From: a virus
IMG/VR virus record: IMGVR_UViG_3300035698_028218
Location: 7,745-71,744 of that record
Strand: one strand, 5' to 3'
DNA: 64,000 nt
The position numbers and the translations under genes are program-made. The notes beneath the pieces were generated by a model, which was not told the origin of the DNA, made no database searches, and saw only the letters and a list, made by a program, of their open reading frames with translations. Below are positions 31,060 to 41,973 of the stretch, in pieces (position 1 is the stretch's first letter; each line of letters opens with the position of its first letter).

Positions 31060-31507
31060 TATTACCTCCTCCTCTTGGATCATAAACTGCGTTATCCCAA
31101 CTTAATCTAAATCTAGGTGTATCATCATTTGACTTTAAATAGTAAAAATGTATAGGTCTATGTATTGCAGCATAGGTCATTCCCAGTGGATATGCATCTC
31201 TTGTGATTTCATTGTTATTAACAATTACTTTTAAACCATAAAACCAAGTGCTTGCAGCAATAGGACTATTTGATCCACTATTAACGCTTGATTGGCTAAC
31301 TAAATAAAATTTATACTCCCATTTATGGTATTGATCTTTACTTGCAAAACTTCTAGTTACATACGCATTGAACTTAGTGTATGTAAGGGGATCACTAGTT
31401 AACTGTTGATTACTACCCCAGTTAATATACACTTCTTCTTGCTGACGTGCTGAAGATGTGAATAGTAACAATACTAGTGTAAATAACAATATTCTAAACG
31501 CTTTCAT
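31052..31507 (-). CDS. Secreted hypothetical protein
   Basis: Signal peptide MKAFRILLFTLVLLLFTSSA; GTATTTAT upstream. Confidence 0.7.
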   Translation of the reverse strand: MKAFRILLFTLVLLLFTSSARQQEEVYINWGSNQQLTSDPLTYTKFNAYVTRSFASKDQYHKWEYKFYLVSQSSVNSGSNSPIAASTWFYGLKVIVNNNEITRDAYPLGMTYAAIHRPIHFYYLKSNDDTPRFRLSWDNAVYDPRGGGNNE

Positions 31508-31525
31508 ATTAATAAATACTTTTTT

Positions 31526-33025
31526 TTATTCATAATAAAAAAAATAATTTCCTTTATTTTTTGACTTACCTGAACACCTTCTGGATATCGTTGATTGACT
31601 TTCAGCTAGGAATTTAGAGGCTTCAGACGTACTGTCGTATATTGCAATACACTCTCCTTGGGGTGTTTTAACTAAAACCCTTTTACATATTGCTCTTTTT
31701 TGTTCATCAGATAATCCCATCTCCAGTTTAGTTTTTGAAATCTTATTTTTGGTTATCTCTGATCTATTTTTACCTTCCCAATATTTTGGTGACACCTTAC
31801 TTAAATGTTCTTTTTCTTCTTCTGTTTTTAATCTACCATATTTTTTTGCTTCCTCAGACCCCTTCTTTGATATTCTATTGCTAATCCAAGTTTCAGATTG
31901 TTTAGTGCCTTGTAATCTATTTGATAGTGCTAGTCTTTGTGTTATTGATGGGCTTGAATTTTTACCACCAACTTCTAGGTTATAACCCAACTCTCTATTT
32001 GTGGAGTCATAAGTTTCTATATATTCAATCTCTTTCTTATTTAGATCATAAATATTTGGTGCATTATCAATTATTTCAAATATAAAATTGTTAAAACCAT
32101 ATTTATTAAATGCACTTTGTAGGTATTTATTATTAAGAACACCTCTTTTTGCCGAACTTTTATATTCATAAATTCTTTTATTGAGGGGTCTAGAAGTTTG
32201 ACCAATATAAACCTTAGAATTAATCTTATTTTTAATTCTATAAATAAAACCGTAGATGGGTTTTTGATTCTCTCCAATTAATAATTCATATTTTATTTTA
32301 CCACAATCCCAAATTTTTATGAGTTTTGAAATGAATTCAGAATATTGCTCATTAGATAAATTTTTTGTCTTTTTATATTTTGTGCCATAAGTAATTCTAT
32401 GATTAGTTTTATTTAGTTCTGGGTTATACCACTTAAAATCAGGTGGTAGTGTATTAATTCTCTTAAAATTATTTTTCTCATATATGTTACTATCTGACAC
32501 ATATTTTAAATCAGCAAAACTAATTACTGAGGTTGGTTTATATAATTCTATAAAATTTTTGAGGATTTTAGAAAAAATTCCAGTAATAATTTTACCTGAT
32601 TTTATTGAAAATCTAGATAATTCATATTGATTTTTTTTAAGTGAGCCATTTACACCTCTTTTTTCATTAAAGTTCATAACCCCAATAAGCTCATCGTTAT
32701 AATAAGCACCAAATCTTATGTTTGACTTATCTGAACCTTGGATGTGATTTTCATTTAAGAAAATATTTACCTCATCATTAGATGCATATTTTATTATACA
32801 TTTTCTTGCATATATAATTTCTTGATTACTAAATTTGAGTTTATTTAGTTTATCTTTTATTAGTTTTTTAGATGACTTAACATCAAAGTAATTATATATT
32901 ATTACTGACTCAAATTTACTTGAGTAAACTAGTTTTATTTTCTTTAAGTCTGATTTTTCTAAATTTATTGTTTCTTTGTAGTTTAAAAAAAGAACAATTG
33001 TATTATTAAATTTAAATTCCTTCAT
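31526..33025 (-). CDS. GIY-YIG homing endonuclease with N-terminal Hef-associated domain and NUMOD-like C-terminus
   Basis: YGFIYRIKNKINSKVYIGQT..R..E..GYN; N-half ARKC..FLNENHIQG..ELSRF..SFAD..IWDCG; basic C-terminal repeats and HTH-like end. Confidence 0.8.
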   Translation of the reverse strand: MKEFKFNNTIVLFLNYKETINLEKSDLKKIKLVYSSKFESVIIYNYFDVKSSKKLIKDKLNKLKFSNQEIIYARKCIIKYASNDEVNIFLNENHIQGSDKSNIRFGAYYNDELIGVMNFNEKRGVNGSLKKNQYELSRFSIKSGKIITGIFSKILKNFIELYKPTSVISFADLKYVSDSNIYEKNNFKRINTLPPDFKWYNPELNKTNHRITYGTKYKKTKNLSNEQYSEFISKLIKIWDCGKIKYELLIGENQKPIYGFIYRIKNKINSKVYIGQTSRPLNKRIYEYKSSAKRGVLNNKYLQSAFNKYGFNNFIFEIIDNAPNIYDLNKKEIEYIETYDSTNRELGYNLEVGGKNSSPSITQRLALSNRLQGTKQSETWISNRISKKGSEEAKKYGRLKTEEEKEHLSKVSPKYWEGKNRSEITKNKISKTKLEMGLSDEQKRAICKRVLVKTPQGECIAIYDSTSEASKFLAESQSTISRRCSGKSKNKGNYFFYYE

Positions 33026-33380
33026 TATAAATTCTATTTAGTAAAATTTTTGTTCTCTTTGATGGTTCTTTAGTTAAGAAACTCCTACATCTACCTTCAT
33101 TATAATCTAAAGAAAAATTAAACTGATTTTTGGTGATATCAATTATTTCACCTGTCTTAAATTTTAAGACCCAATGAGTAATACCATTTACTTTTAGCGT
33201 CATTGCTTTTGTATTGTGTTTATCCTCATCATTAAGAATATGAAATAGTGTTTCTGTTGCAATATAGCAGTGCCCCCATAGTGGATTAGAATTACCTCTG
33301 TATTCTTTTTTTAATAGATCAGAAGATAGATTATCTAAAATTGATTTTATTTCATAGTTATATTTCTGTTTATACTTCAT
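33012..33380 (-). CDS. Hypothetical protein (GHCY..THW..IIDIT.NQF)
   Basis: 122 aa ORF with possible Cys-His-Asp triad. Confidence 0.65.
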   Translation of the reverse strand: MKYKQKYNYEIKSILDNLSSDLLKKEYRGNSNPLWGHCYIATETLFHILNDEDKHNTKAMTLKVNGITHWVLKFKTGEIIDITKNQFNFSLDYNEGRCRSFLTKEPSKRTKILLNRIYNEGI

Positions 33381-33403
33381 ATGTATTTATTCAAAACGAA
33401 AAT

Positions 33404-33439
33404 AAATAAAAAGGGTTTATAAAACAACCCTTTTTATTT
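33404..33439. terminator. Bidirectional intrinsic terminator after major capsid gene
   Basis: AAATAAAAAGGGTT-tataaaac-AACCCTTTTTATTT. Confidence 0.75.
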
Positions 33440-33456
33440 TTAAATATTACTTAACC

Positions 33457-35106
33457 TTATGTTAAGTCACCAATACCGAACGTTTGAAGTCCTTGAACTA
33501 GAATTTTACCGTAGTATCTGTTAAGAATCATCTTCTTAGCATATCTAGTCATAATACCTCTGATTGGTTTGAAATCGAATGGATTATACATTACAGGAGT
33601 TAACTGCATTGGCACGTATGGTGCGTAAATATATCCGGATTCTAGGATTGAAGAACCTTTATGACCAATCAACATAGTGTTAGCTGGAGCATAAGGGTCT
33701 CTGAAAACTTGGTATCTGTTAGACAGTACACCTATTTTCTCAATACCCATGTTATATTGATCTTGCTCTGGAGAAGCATTAGATACGTGGAAGTATTCTA
33801 AGTCATCAAGTACAGCAGAAATCTCTGGAGAAACAACTACCCAAGATGCACCACCTCTAAGCACCGCTTTGTGGATTTGTGCAGAAATTTGGTTAATCTT
33901 AGTCATCAACACTTGGTTGTAATCTTTTTGAGTACCGTAGTACTGTGCAGATTGCTTTCTAAGACCGTTATAATCCCACTTCAATGTCCATGCAGCTCCT
34001 CTTCTAAGGTCTCTCAAGATTTCTCTATCGATCTCAGCAGCCATTTGCTCTGAAAGAAGTGCAGTTAATTCAGCTTCAGCATCAATGTTGTGGAATGCAC
34101 TAACATCTTGAGCTAATTCTGGAGTCCATTGTGATCTCATTTTTCTTGTTTCAACAGAAACAGTTACTTCATCAAGACCGAAGGTTACTTCAGCCATTTC
34201 TGAATCTTCTTCCAAATCATCATACACTCTGTATGTTGCAGTGAAAGTAGGTGCAGTTGCAGCACTAAGACCAACATATGCATCACCAGTTGAATAAGTT
34301 GTGTCAATAACAACTAATAATTCACCACTTGCATTTACCATTGCTTGACCATACTTTTGAACTTTTACGTTAAAAGGAACAGACTCACCAATAGCGATAT
34401 TATCCTCTGCATATGCAGTTGGAGCTACAAGAGCTACGTCAGATGTAATTTTCATAGATGCTAAGAAAGACTCAGTATCCATAGGAACTCCTTGAGGTCC
34501 TACAAGCTCACCTGTATTAGTCGTTGAGAAACCATTGATAGTTAAAACAGCAGATGCATCACCAGCAGTCCAGCCACTTGAAACCAATGCAGTTGTAGTT
34601 TCAGCAAATCTACCTTTAGAAATATCAAATAAGCTATTTCCTTCTTCACCATACTCACTTGAGTAGAATGCATCATAAAGTGATCTTTCTTCAAATGAAG
34701 TACTTGACCCAGCAGTTGCTGCGTTAGAGTATGCTCCATCAGGAGATGTGTGACCAGTATTATTAACTCTTACAGAAATCTTAGGATTAATGTAGTATAA
34801 TTTACCGATTGGCAAGTTTAATGCTTGTACAGATACAAGATCGTTAGCCAAAAGTTTAGCGAATACCCTTCTAATTACAGGGAATGCTACAGTCTCAAAT
34901 TGACCAGACGAAGCTGAATCAGTAGACTCATTAATCATTGTTGAAAGCTGATTCTCAAATAATTGAGCACAGTTTTCTTTGATGTGTCCATCAAGACCTT
35001 CTAAAAGTCCGATGCTTTCCCATCTATTTGTGATAACTTCTCTTTGTTCTCTTAATTGCTTAAGACCAATGTTACCAATACTATTGTTTTCAGTTAAAAA
35101 ACCCAT
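33457..35106 (-). CDS. Major capsid protein (T4 gp23-like)
   Basis: FPVIRRVF..DLVSVQ, TRKMRSQWTPELAQDVSAFHNIDAEAELTALLSEQMAAEIDREIL, YAPYVP..FKPIRGIMTRY. Confidence 0.97.
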   Translation of the reverse strand: MGFLTENNSIGNIGLKQLREQREVITNRWESIGLLEGLDGHIKENCAQLFENQLSTMINESTDSASSGQFETVAFPVIRRVFAKLLANDLVSVQALNLPIGKLYYINPKISVRVNNTGHTSPDGAYSNAATAGSSTSFEERSLYDAFYSSEYGEEGNSLFDISKGRFAETTTALVSSGWTAGDASAVLTINGFSTTNTGELVGPQGVPMDTESFLASMKITSDVALVAPTAYAEDNIAIGESVPFNVKVQKYGQAMVNASGELLVVIDTTYSTGDAYVGLSAATAPTFTATYRVYDDLEEDSEMAEVTFGLDEVTVSVETRKMRSQWTPELAQDVSAFHNIDAEAELTALLSEQMAAEIDREILRDLRRGAAWTLKWDYNGLRKQSAQYYGTQKDYNQVLMTKINQISAQIHKAVLRGGASWVVVSPEISAVLDDLEYFHVSNASPEQDQYNMGIEKIGVLSNRYQVFRDPYAPANTMLIGHKGSSILESGYIYAPYVPMQLTPVMYNPFDFKPIRGIMTRYAKKMILNRYYGKILVQGLQTFGIGDLT

Positions 35107-35140
35107 TGTTATATTTTTTTAAAATTATTATTTATTATTA

Positions 35141-36778
35141 TTATTTTTTATTCACATAGTCCATGACCTTTTTGATCTTGTCTATATGACTGTTAGAATA
35201 CGCTGTTTTTTCTTGCGCCTCACCCAACAAATCTTTTGAAGCTTTACCACCAACAGATTCAGATAATACCTCTTCGATACTTACTGCATCCTTAGTTTTT
35301 GCTTCATTCATCACACTTATGAATGCTCTATGCTTGTCTTCAGATTCTTGAATTGTTTTTACATTTCTAAATTCTTCGGTTAGTTTATCAATCTCCTCTT
35401 TGCTCAACTTAGATTCTTTAATTAGAATATCATTTGAATAGGCAAGGCTACTATTGAACACTGCCATTTCTTGAAGTTGTTTTCTATACTTACCAAGAAC
35501 TTCGTTATACTTACCGTTCTTTTCTGTTGACTCGTTAAGATTTTTTCTTAAGTCATTTAATTTTTTAGTTACTTTTTTGGTTTCTTGAATTTGATTCTTC
35601 AATTTGGTTTGTGATTCATTAGACCATTGTGGTCTATTTCTTGATGTTGTAGCATTTTCTCTATCTTCATTTCCATGACGACCAGCATTCACTTTTCCGT
35701 CAGAAAAAGAAACACCATGCTTTTCATCAACCATTTCGTCTTCTTCTCTTTCACCTTCACCAGTTCCTTCCGTAACCTCCAGTTCTCCCTCTAAATTAGA
35801 TTCTCCAATTCCTGTACCACCGATATTAGCTGTTGTACCCGCTGAATCTGATGCTGCCGATGCTAATCTCTCAATCGCAGTTGCAGCCTCTGGATGCTTA
35901 CTCTTCAAATATTTCATGAATTCGTTAGCAGCCATACCAGCAGGAACTATTAGTGTTGCAAGTGCAGCAGCAATTTCTGGGCTTACACTTTCTGACAACG
36001 ACTCTGCCATATCAGGAACTTCACTATTAATCTCATTACCAATACCATTCATTCCATGTTTTTTTGCTTTAGGATCATTCATTGCATTCGCAACTTCAGC
36101 CTCAGCATTTGCAACTTCAGTTTCAGTATCGAAATCCTCAGTTAATTCGTCTTTTGAACATACAGATTCAAACATTTCTTGAACTCTACCTTCACCAAAG
36201 GTTTCTTTATAACCTTCACCGAAAGCCTCAACCATTTTATGGTTAAACTCATTAAATTTCTCATCTTTCTGTGCAGACGCTTGGATTTCTTGGACTTTTT
36301 GTGTCATTGTTTCGTACATTTTTTGTATTTCATCTAAGGGATTTGATGATTCTTGTTCGGCTTCATCTGAGATAGCAGTTTCATCTTTTTGTGAAAGTTC
36401 TTTTTGTACATCATCAAAATTGATTGTTTTGAATTCGTCAACGAAATTTGCATCGTCATACGCTTCCTCAATTTCTTCTGCTGATGCATTCTCAAGATCA
36501 ATCACTTCATTCGATTCTTTGATATCTTTTTTTACCTCATCTTTAGATTTGTCAGATTTGTCAATCACTTCTTGTGATTCTTTTGTTTCACCTTCATTAA
36601 CAGGTTCTTTAACTGACTCTTTTTTTATTTTTTGAATTTCTTCTTCAATTAGATTATTAAATGAATTCATATTCGACTCATTCATTTTTTTAGCAACGCT
36701 TTTTTCAGCTAATGAAAGAATACTTTCAATATCCGTTACTGCATTCTTTAGACTATCCTTGTTCTCGTTACTAGGCAT
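35141..36778 (-). CDS. Prohead scaffolding/core protein
   Basis: Acidic coiled coil between protease and capsid genes. Confidence 0.75.
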   Translation of the reverse strand: MPSNENKDSLKNAVTDIESILSLAEKSVAKKMNESNMNSFNNLIEEEIQKIKKESVKEPVNEGETKESQEVIDKSDKSKDEVKKDIKESNEVIDLENASAEEIEEAYDDANFVDEFKTINFDDVQKELSQKDETAISDEAEQESSNPLDEIQKMYETMTQKVQEIQASAQKDEKFNEFNHKMVEAFGEGYKETFGEGRVQEMFESVCSKDELTEDFDTETEVANAEAEVANAMNDPKAKKHGMNGIGNEINSEVPDMAESLSESVSPEIAAALATLIVPAGMAANEFMKYLKSKHPEAATAIERLASAASDSAGTTANIGGTGIGESNLEGELEVTEGTGEGEREEDEMVDEKHGVSFSDGKVNAGRHGNEDRENATTSRNRPQWSNESQTKLKNQIQETKKVTKKLNDLRKNLNESTEKNGKYNEVLGKYRKQLQEMAVFNSSLAYSNDILIKESKLSKEEIDKLTEEFRNVKTIQESEDKHRAFISVMNEAKTKDAVSIEEVLSESVGGKASKDLLGEAQEKTAYSNSHIDKIKKVMDYVNKK

Positions 36779-36876
36779 TTTTTTCTTCTTTAACTATAAA
36801 TACATTATTAAATCAAAAAAGTACATTTTTTTATAATTCCTATAGTGGTTTTTTTTAGAAAAATCAAATTAAATTA

Positions 36877-37578
36877 TTAATTTAATAGAAATCTATCTAA
36901 TGCACTTAGTATTTTTGTATCTTCTTTTATTAATTTATTCTTATTTATTGTTGCTTCTCCCATTTGTAATTCGTTTTTCTCTGGGAATAAGTAAGCACCT
37001 GTTGTTGAAGGGGAAGAAACTAAATCGAAACAAATAAGCTCGAAATCTTCTTGTACTTCATTTTGACCATTAACCTCTTTAAGAGAACCAACTCCTCTTG
37101 AAGAAATACCTAATCTATATCCTCTTCTTAAATATTCAGCTATTTTATCACCGACCATGCAAACAATTCCTTGTTTCATATATGCTGGTGAAGTAATGAT
37201 TTCTAATTGTCCATAAAGTACATGTTGATTTTCACCTTGTCCCCACCACATTTTTTTTATTCCATGTGATATGTTATCCAAAGAAACCACACTTGAATCA
37301 GGGTGATCTGCTTCGTTCATTGCAGAGTTAGTGTTAATTTGTTCTTGGTATCTCTCTACTTCTCTAATAAGTATATCCTTTGGATAAACCCTTCCATTCT
37401 TATTTTTCACTCCCCACTTCTGAAGAATACAATTAATAAGTAGTGGTTGATCTGGATTTATTTTAAATGACTCGTTAATTACTTTTTCATTATTTAGAGA
37501 AGACCCATCAATATAGCCAGCATCTCTCTCAATGAGTAATCCAAAACCAGTTTCATTTACACCAAGTACTTTAGACAT
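36877..37578 (-). CDS. Prohead protease (gp21-like)
   Basis: KNKNGRVYP, EADHPD, ISH, LGISSRGVGSL, FDLVSSPST. Confidence 0.95.
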   Translation of the reverse strand: MSKVLGVNETGFGLLIERDAGYIDGSSLNNEKVINESFKINPDQPLLINCILQKWGVKNKNGRVYPKDILIREVERYQEQINTNSAMNEADHPDSSVVSLDNISHGIKKMWWGQGENQHVLYGQLEIITSPAYMKQGIVCMVGDKIAEYLRRGYRLGISSRGVGSLKEVNGQNEVQEDFELICFDLVSSPSTTGAYLFPEKNELQMGEATINKNKLIKEDTKILSALDRFLLN

Positions 37579-37674
37579 AATTTCTTTACTATTTCTAATA
37601 AATACTCGTAACTTTATATAAATTAACAGTAAAGTAGGAAAATACTATAACTGTATTTATTAGAAATAGAATAT

Positions 37675-40600
37675 ATGGCAACTAAAAGCAATGTCAATTT
37701 AATTGACCCTAATGAAGTTATAGGTATTTTACCTGTGGAGGATAATGGTATTGGGTCGTATGAAGATTTGACCATTTTTGCTGAATTAAAGGCAATTAGG
37801 AAAAGTAGATCAATATTAATTGATGATGGCGTTGCGTTAAAAACTCAAAGTAGTTTTAATAATGACTCAGTTAAAATAAACCTAATGGGGTTTGATCAGT
37901 CTGAGGAAAATAACTATCAACATACAACAAAATGGTCGGAAAACTATAATATAAATCCAACTGAAACTAAATATGAGGGTTTTGGGATTACAAACATTAA
38001 GGTATTAATAAACTCATCATATGTGCCTACGGTGACAATAGATTTTGAGGATGTTAGGGGTTTGGTTTTATTTAATGAGGGCAAGGATTCACCATATAGT
38101 ATTTTATTTGACTTTCCACCTCCAATTTTTGAGTTAACATTAAAGGGTTTCTATGGTAAGGCAATTAAGTATGATCTACACTTAACTAAAATTGACACTA
38201 ATTTTAATGGTGATAAATCAACTTTTACCGTTAGTGCTAAGTTTATTGTTAGAACATTTGCTCCTTTAAGTGATGTATTATTTAAATATAGCCTAATTAG
38301 TAGTTTAATGGAATTAGATGAAAGGGGAGAGGTATCTTCAATAAGTTCTGATCCTACTGGTGTGCCTAAGAATACCTATGAGTACATAAAAAAACTAGAA
38401 ACACTATATGAAGGTATTAATGATCTAGCAAAAGCAGGAGATATAAATAAAAAATTAGAGGAGAATAGAACTCTTCTAGAAAGACTTCAAGAAATAAGGG
38501 GGTCAGTAAATAAATTTTGGCTTCATGCTAATGACTCTAGTAGAGATGAAAGTAATTCAAAAATAATTATATATAGTTCTGTTGTTGGTACTGTTGTTGA
38601 GCCAAGCGATACGTATGAAATAATTGGAAATACTGGAAAATTTGAAGCGTTAATTAATAACGAAGGGACATCGAACGTTAATCTAGTAACAAACAATAAA
38701 ATTTATATAGGTTTTAAAAATAGTGATGACAATAGTTTTAATGAAAGACTATTAGAAAGTATTAGAGAAAAACTCAACATACTCTCTTTTGGTATTATAG
38801 AATATACAATACCAGAGAATTTTATAACTATTGGTGGTGGATTAAATTCTAAATTACCTGAAAAATATTTTGTTTTAGATATTACTGATTTCTATATAAG
38901 AATACTGAAGGAACTGAATAGTGTATCAGATCGAATTAAAAAATCGAATGAGGATTTCACTGATGAGGTTAATAGTATTGCAAGAAAAGAGCTTGGTGAT
39001 GAAGGTTACCCAACAATAGGTAATGTTTTTAGATTTCTTTGTAATGACGTTGATTCATTTTACAATAAACTAAGAGACGTTGGTATTAGAGCAGAAAGAC
39101 ATCATAATGAATATTTCAATACCATCTCTTCAGATTCATCAATTAAAGAAAAGAATAAACAAAAGATAGTTACGGCATTTCCACTTTATGTTGTTGAAGA
39201 GAATATAATTGATATCAATCAATGTGCAACAAAAAGACAAGAAAAAAGAATACCTGAGAAATTAAGTAATAACCTATCTGAACCTTTTCCAGAGGTAGAA
39301 TTTGTGAATGAATTTATTAGTAAATTTGTTGATTACACTGCAATAGATAATATATCTAATCTAAAGAAACAAACTGACGATCAGGGTAATAATAAATGGA
39401 TACCACTAAATCCAATGGATTCTAAATTAAATGAATTAAATGGGTTAAACTATGAGTCTCCATATATATTAGATAACACAAAAAACAACCCTAGTGATAT
39501 TATTGATCGTATGTTGGAGAGATTTTATGTGTTTACACAATATTCCTATTCCAATGCTTTTGATGGTGAAATTGAGCGTAATATTTTAGAATTTGGAGGT
39601 AAATCAGACGCAGCCAATTTAATAAACTCATTAGACGATAGTGAGTTAATTGGTTTAACGTCCCAATCGATTAATAAAACGTCAAATTTATTTAAAACTG
39701 ATGTTGATGAATTTTATAAATTCCTGAAAAGGGAAGAAGAAAATGGAAATATTAATAATTATTCTTCATTACCTTCAGGTGATACTACAAAAAAATATAC
39801 TACATTGGGTGGTACGGATCAAAAGTTTTTTAGAGACCCATCTAATGACGGATATAATCGAGGGTTTACTTCTGTATCTAGAAATGATATTGAGGTTAAG
39901 GTTGAAAATGGTAATACAATAGTTGATGAGTTTCAAGAATCATTAGCACCGTCTCTTTTCCAGAAATTTGTTAAATTCATTGGTCTTACAACTAATAATC
40001 TGGTTGTTGATGAATTTTCCAAAGAAAATATACCATTATTTTTAGATAGTGAGGATGAGTATGATTCAAAGTTCACCACTAATCTTTTGGATAATGAAAG
40101 TATTCTAGATAAATGGGTAGATGTATTGTCTTTACATTCCACTTATCTTATTGATGTTTTGGGAGATAAAACAGAAGAGAATGTATTCTTTTTATTGTCT
40201 AGTTTTGGTATTGCGAACGGTATCCAAAAGGATAAATATAGACAGTATTTCTTAATACCATCGATACTTGAGGTACCTAATTTTTTAATTCCTTATATGG
40301 GTGGCTATATTAAATACCATACAGATAATGTTTTTAAAGAAAGTTATAATGAGTTATTTATTGATAATACAGTATTATTTGAGGATAATATAATTATAAC
40401 TGAAATTGAGGATGATAGTGAAGAAAATATTAATAAGGTATTGAATTTATCTAAAAATGATAGGGATTTCTTCTTAGATGCTTTTGATGAAACATTTAAT
40501 AGTGAAGATTATGAAGTTTTTTTGGTTAATCTTTTAGTACTTTTAACTACAATTAGGGATAACTCACTAAGTGAAGGCGAAATTAGAGACGAGCTAAAAA

Positions 40601-41973
40601 ATAATGAATTATTATTAGGGTATCTTATTGGTAAACCAAATAATAATTATTTATTGTCTAATTCTGATTCATTACTATCGGGAAAAGCAAACTACCCAGA
40701 TTACCAAACATTAGACGAGATAATTGATAATGATAAAAAGGAATATGCTGATATATATTTCGAATCATTTTTTACTTACTTTAGCGAAAATATTAAAAAC
40801 AGAAGAGATGAAATAACTGAGGAAAAGGAAAGAATAAAATCTAGAGTTAATGATAGTGATATAAAGACAGAATTATATTACTCGTTTAAAAATATTTACG
40901 ATAAATGGATTGCTGGTGAAGGGTCAGTGGCAAGAGGATTCCCTACAAATCAAAACGGAAGTACATTATTCGATTCATTTGTATTTGTGGATAGGGCATT
41001 TAATGATATCGGTGGTGTAAATAGTGTTGTTGGTGATAAAACCCAAAGAGGGTGTGTTATTTCAGTGGATCAATTGGTGGATGCTTCCAAGGACTTTAAT
41101 ATAAATATGTTTTCATTAATGTCACAAATTTTATCTGTAAATAATTTTGAGTTCTTCCCATTAAGTACTTTCCTTAGTTTTAAGGAGGGGGATTGGGAAG
41201 ATTCCTTTAGAACCTTTACTAGTCTAGAACAAACAGCACAGCAATCATTTGTGTGTATGTATATTGGTGGTACCTCTAGTGTCTTAGATAATGGTAACGA
41301 TGAGTTTGGTGAAGATGGTATTGTTAGCTTAACAGAAGACCTACCATCAGATTTTAGTAATGGTTGTATAGACAGTACACCACAACCATTAAATCCTAAT
41401 TACGGTGATGGTAAATACGGTCAAGTGAGAGCATTTAGAATTAGATTCGGGAGTCAGGCACAGTCGGTATTCACTGATATTAAATTTGCATCTAGAGAGT
41501 ATACAGAAACTAATGAGTCTTTACAAATCTTATCTAGGATTGCACAAGACGAAAGTAAATCAACACCAGTACCTAAAGGTCAAAATCTGTTTTCTGTATA
41601 CGAAAATAGAGCGTATTCATCCACAGTAACAATGATGGGTAATATGATGATACAACCAACACAATATTTTCAAATAGAGAATATTCCATTATTTAATGGT
41701 GCATATATAATTACAAAAGTGACACATGATTTTAGTCCAAATACTGCAAAAACTAGTTTTGAAGGTACTAAGATTGTTAGATATCCAGTTCCATTTGTTT
41801 ATGATTTTGCGACCTCTATGCGATTAAAAGGAAGTACAATACTTTCTGCTGGTGAGGGTTTATCTAATGGTGGTACAATCACAATAAATCCAGATAAGAA
41901 TGGGAATACTGATTTAGGTAATATTGGTGGTGCTGTTTTTGTTGGAATGAATGAATTAAAAATAATACGATAA
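37675..41973 (+). CDS. Large baseplate hub-like protein
   Basis: FGITNIKV..FEDVRG N-terminus; C-terminal MMGNMMIQPTQYFQIENIPLFNGAYIITKVTH resembles gp27/late-control D hub ends. Confidence 0.65.
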   Translation: MATKSNVNLIDPNEVIGILPVEDNGIGSYEDLTIFAELKAIRKSRSILIDDGVALKTQSSFNNDSVKINLMGFDQSEENNYQHTTKWSENYNINPTETKYEGFGITNIKVLINSSYVPTVTIDFEDVRGLVLFNEGKDSPYSILFDFPPPIFELTLKGFYGKAIKYDLHLTKIDTNFNGDKSTFTVSAKFIVRTFAPLSDVLFKYSLISSLMELDERGEVSSISSDPTGVPKNTYEYIKKLETLYEGINDLAKAGDINKKLEENRTLLERLQEIRGSVNKFWLHANDSSRDESNSKIIIYSSVVGTVVEPSDTYEIIGNTGKFEALINNEGTSNVNLVTNNKIYIGFKNSDDNSFNERLLESIREKLNILSFGIIEYTIPENFITIGGGLNSKLPEKYFVLDITDFYIRILKELNSVSDRIKKSNEDFTDEVNSIARKELGDEGYPTIGNVFRFLCNDVDSFYNKLRDVGIRAERHHNEYFNTISSDSSIKEKNKQKIVTAFPLYVVEENIIDINQCATKRQEKRIPEKLSNNLSEPFPEVEFVNEFISKFVDYTAIDNISNLKKQTDDQGNNKWIPLNPMDSKLNELNGLNYESPYILDNTKNNPSDIIDRMLERFYVFTQYSYSNAFDGEIERNILEFGGKSDAANLINSLDDSELIGLTSQSINKTSNLFKTDVDEFYKFLKREEENGNINNYSSLPSGDTTKKYTTLGGTDQKFFRDPSNDGYNRGFTSVSRNDIEVKVENGNTIVDEFQESLAPSLFQKFVKFIGLTTNNLVVDEFSKENIPLFLDSEDEYDSKFTTNLLDNESILDKWVDVLSLHSTYLIDVLGDKTEENVFFLLSSFGIANGIQKDKYRQYFLIPSILEVPNFLIPYMGGYIKYHTDNVFKESYNELFIDNTVLFEDNIIITEIEDDSEENINKVLNLSKNDRDFFLDAFDETFNSEDYEVFLVNLLVLLTTIRDNSLSEGEIRDELKNNELLLGYLIGKPNNNYLLSNSDSLLSGKANYPDYQTLDEIIDNDKKEYADIYFESFFTYFSENIKNRRDEITEEKERIKSRVNDSDIKTELYYSFKNIYDKWIAGEGSVARGFPTNQNGSTLFDSFVFVDRAFNDIGGVNSVVGDKTQRGCVISVDQLVDASKDFNINMFSLMSQILSVNNFEFFPLSTFLSFKEGDWEDSFRTFTSLEQTAQQSFVCMYIGGTSSVLDNGNDEFGEDGIVSLTEDLPSDFSNGCIDSTPQPLNPNYGDGKYGQVRAFRIRFGSQAQSVFTDIKFASREYTETNESLQILSRIAQDESKSTPVPKGQNLFSVYENRAYSSTVTMMGNMMIQPTQYFQIENIPLFNGAYIITKVTHDFSPNTAKTSFEGTKIVRYPVPFVYDFATSMRLKGSTILSAGEGLSNGGTITINPDKNGNTDLGNIGGAVFVGMNELKIIR

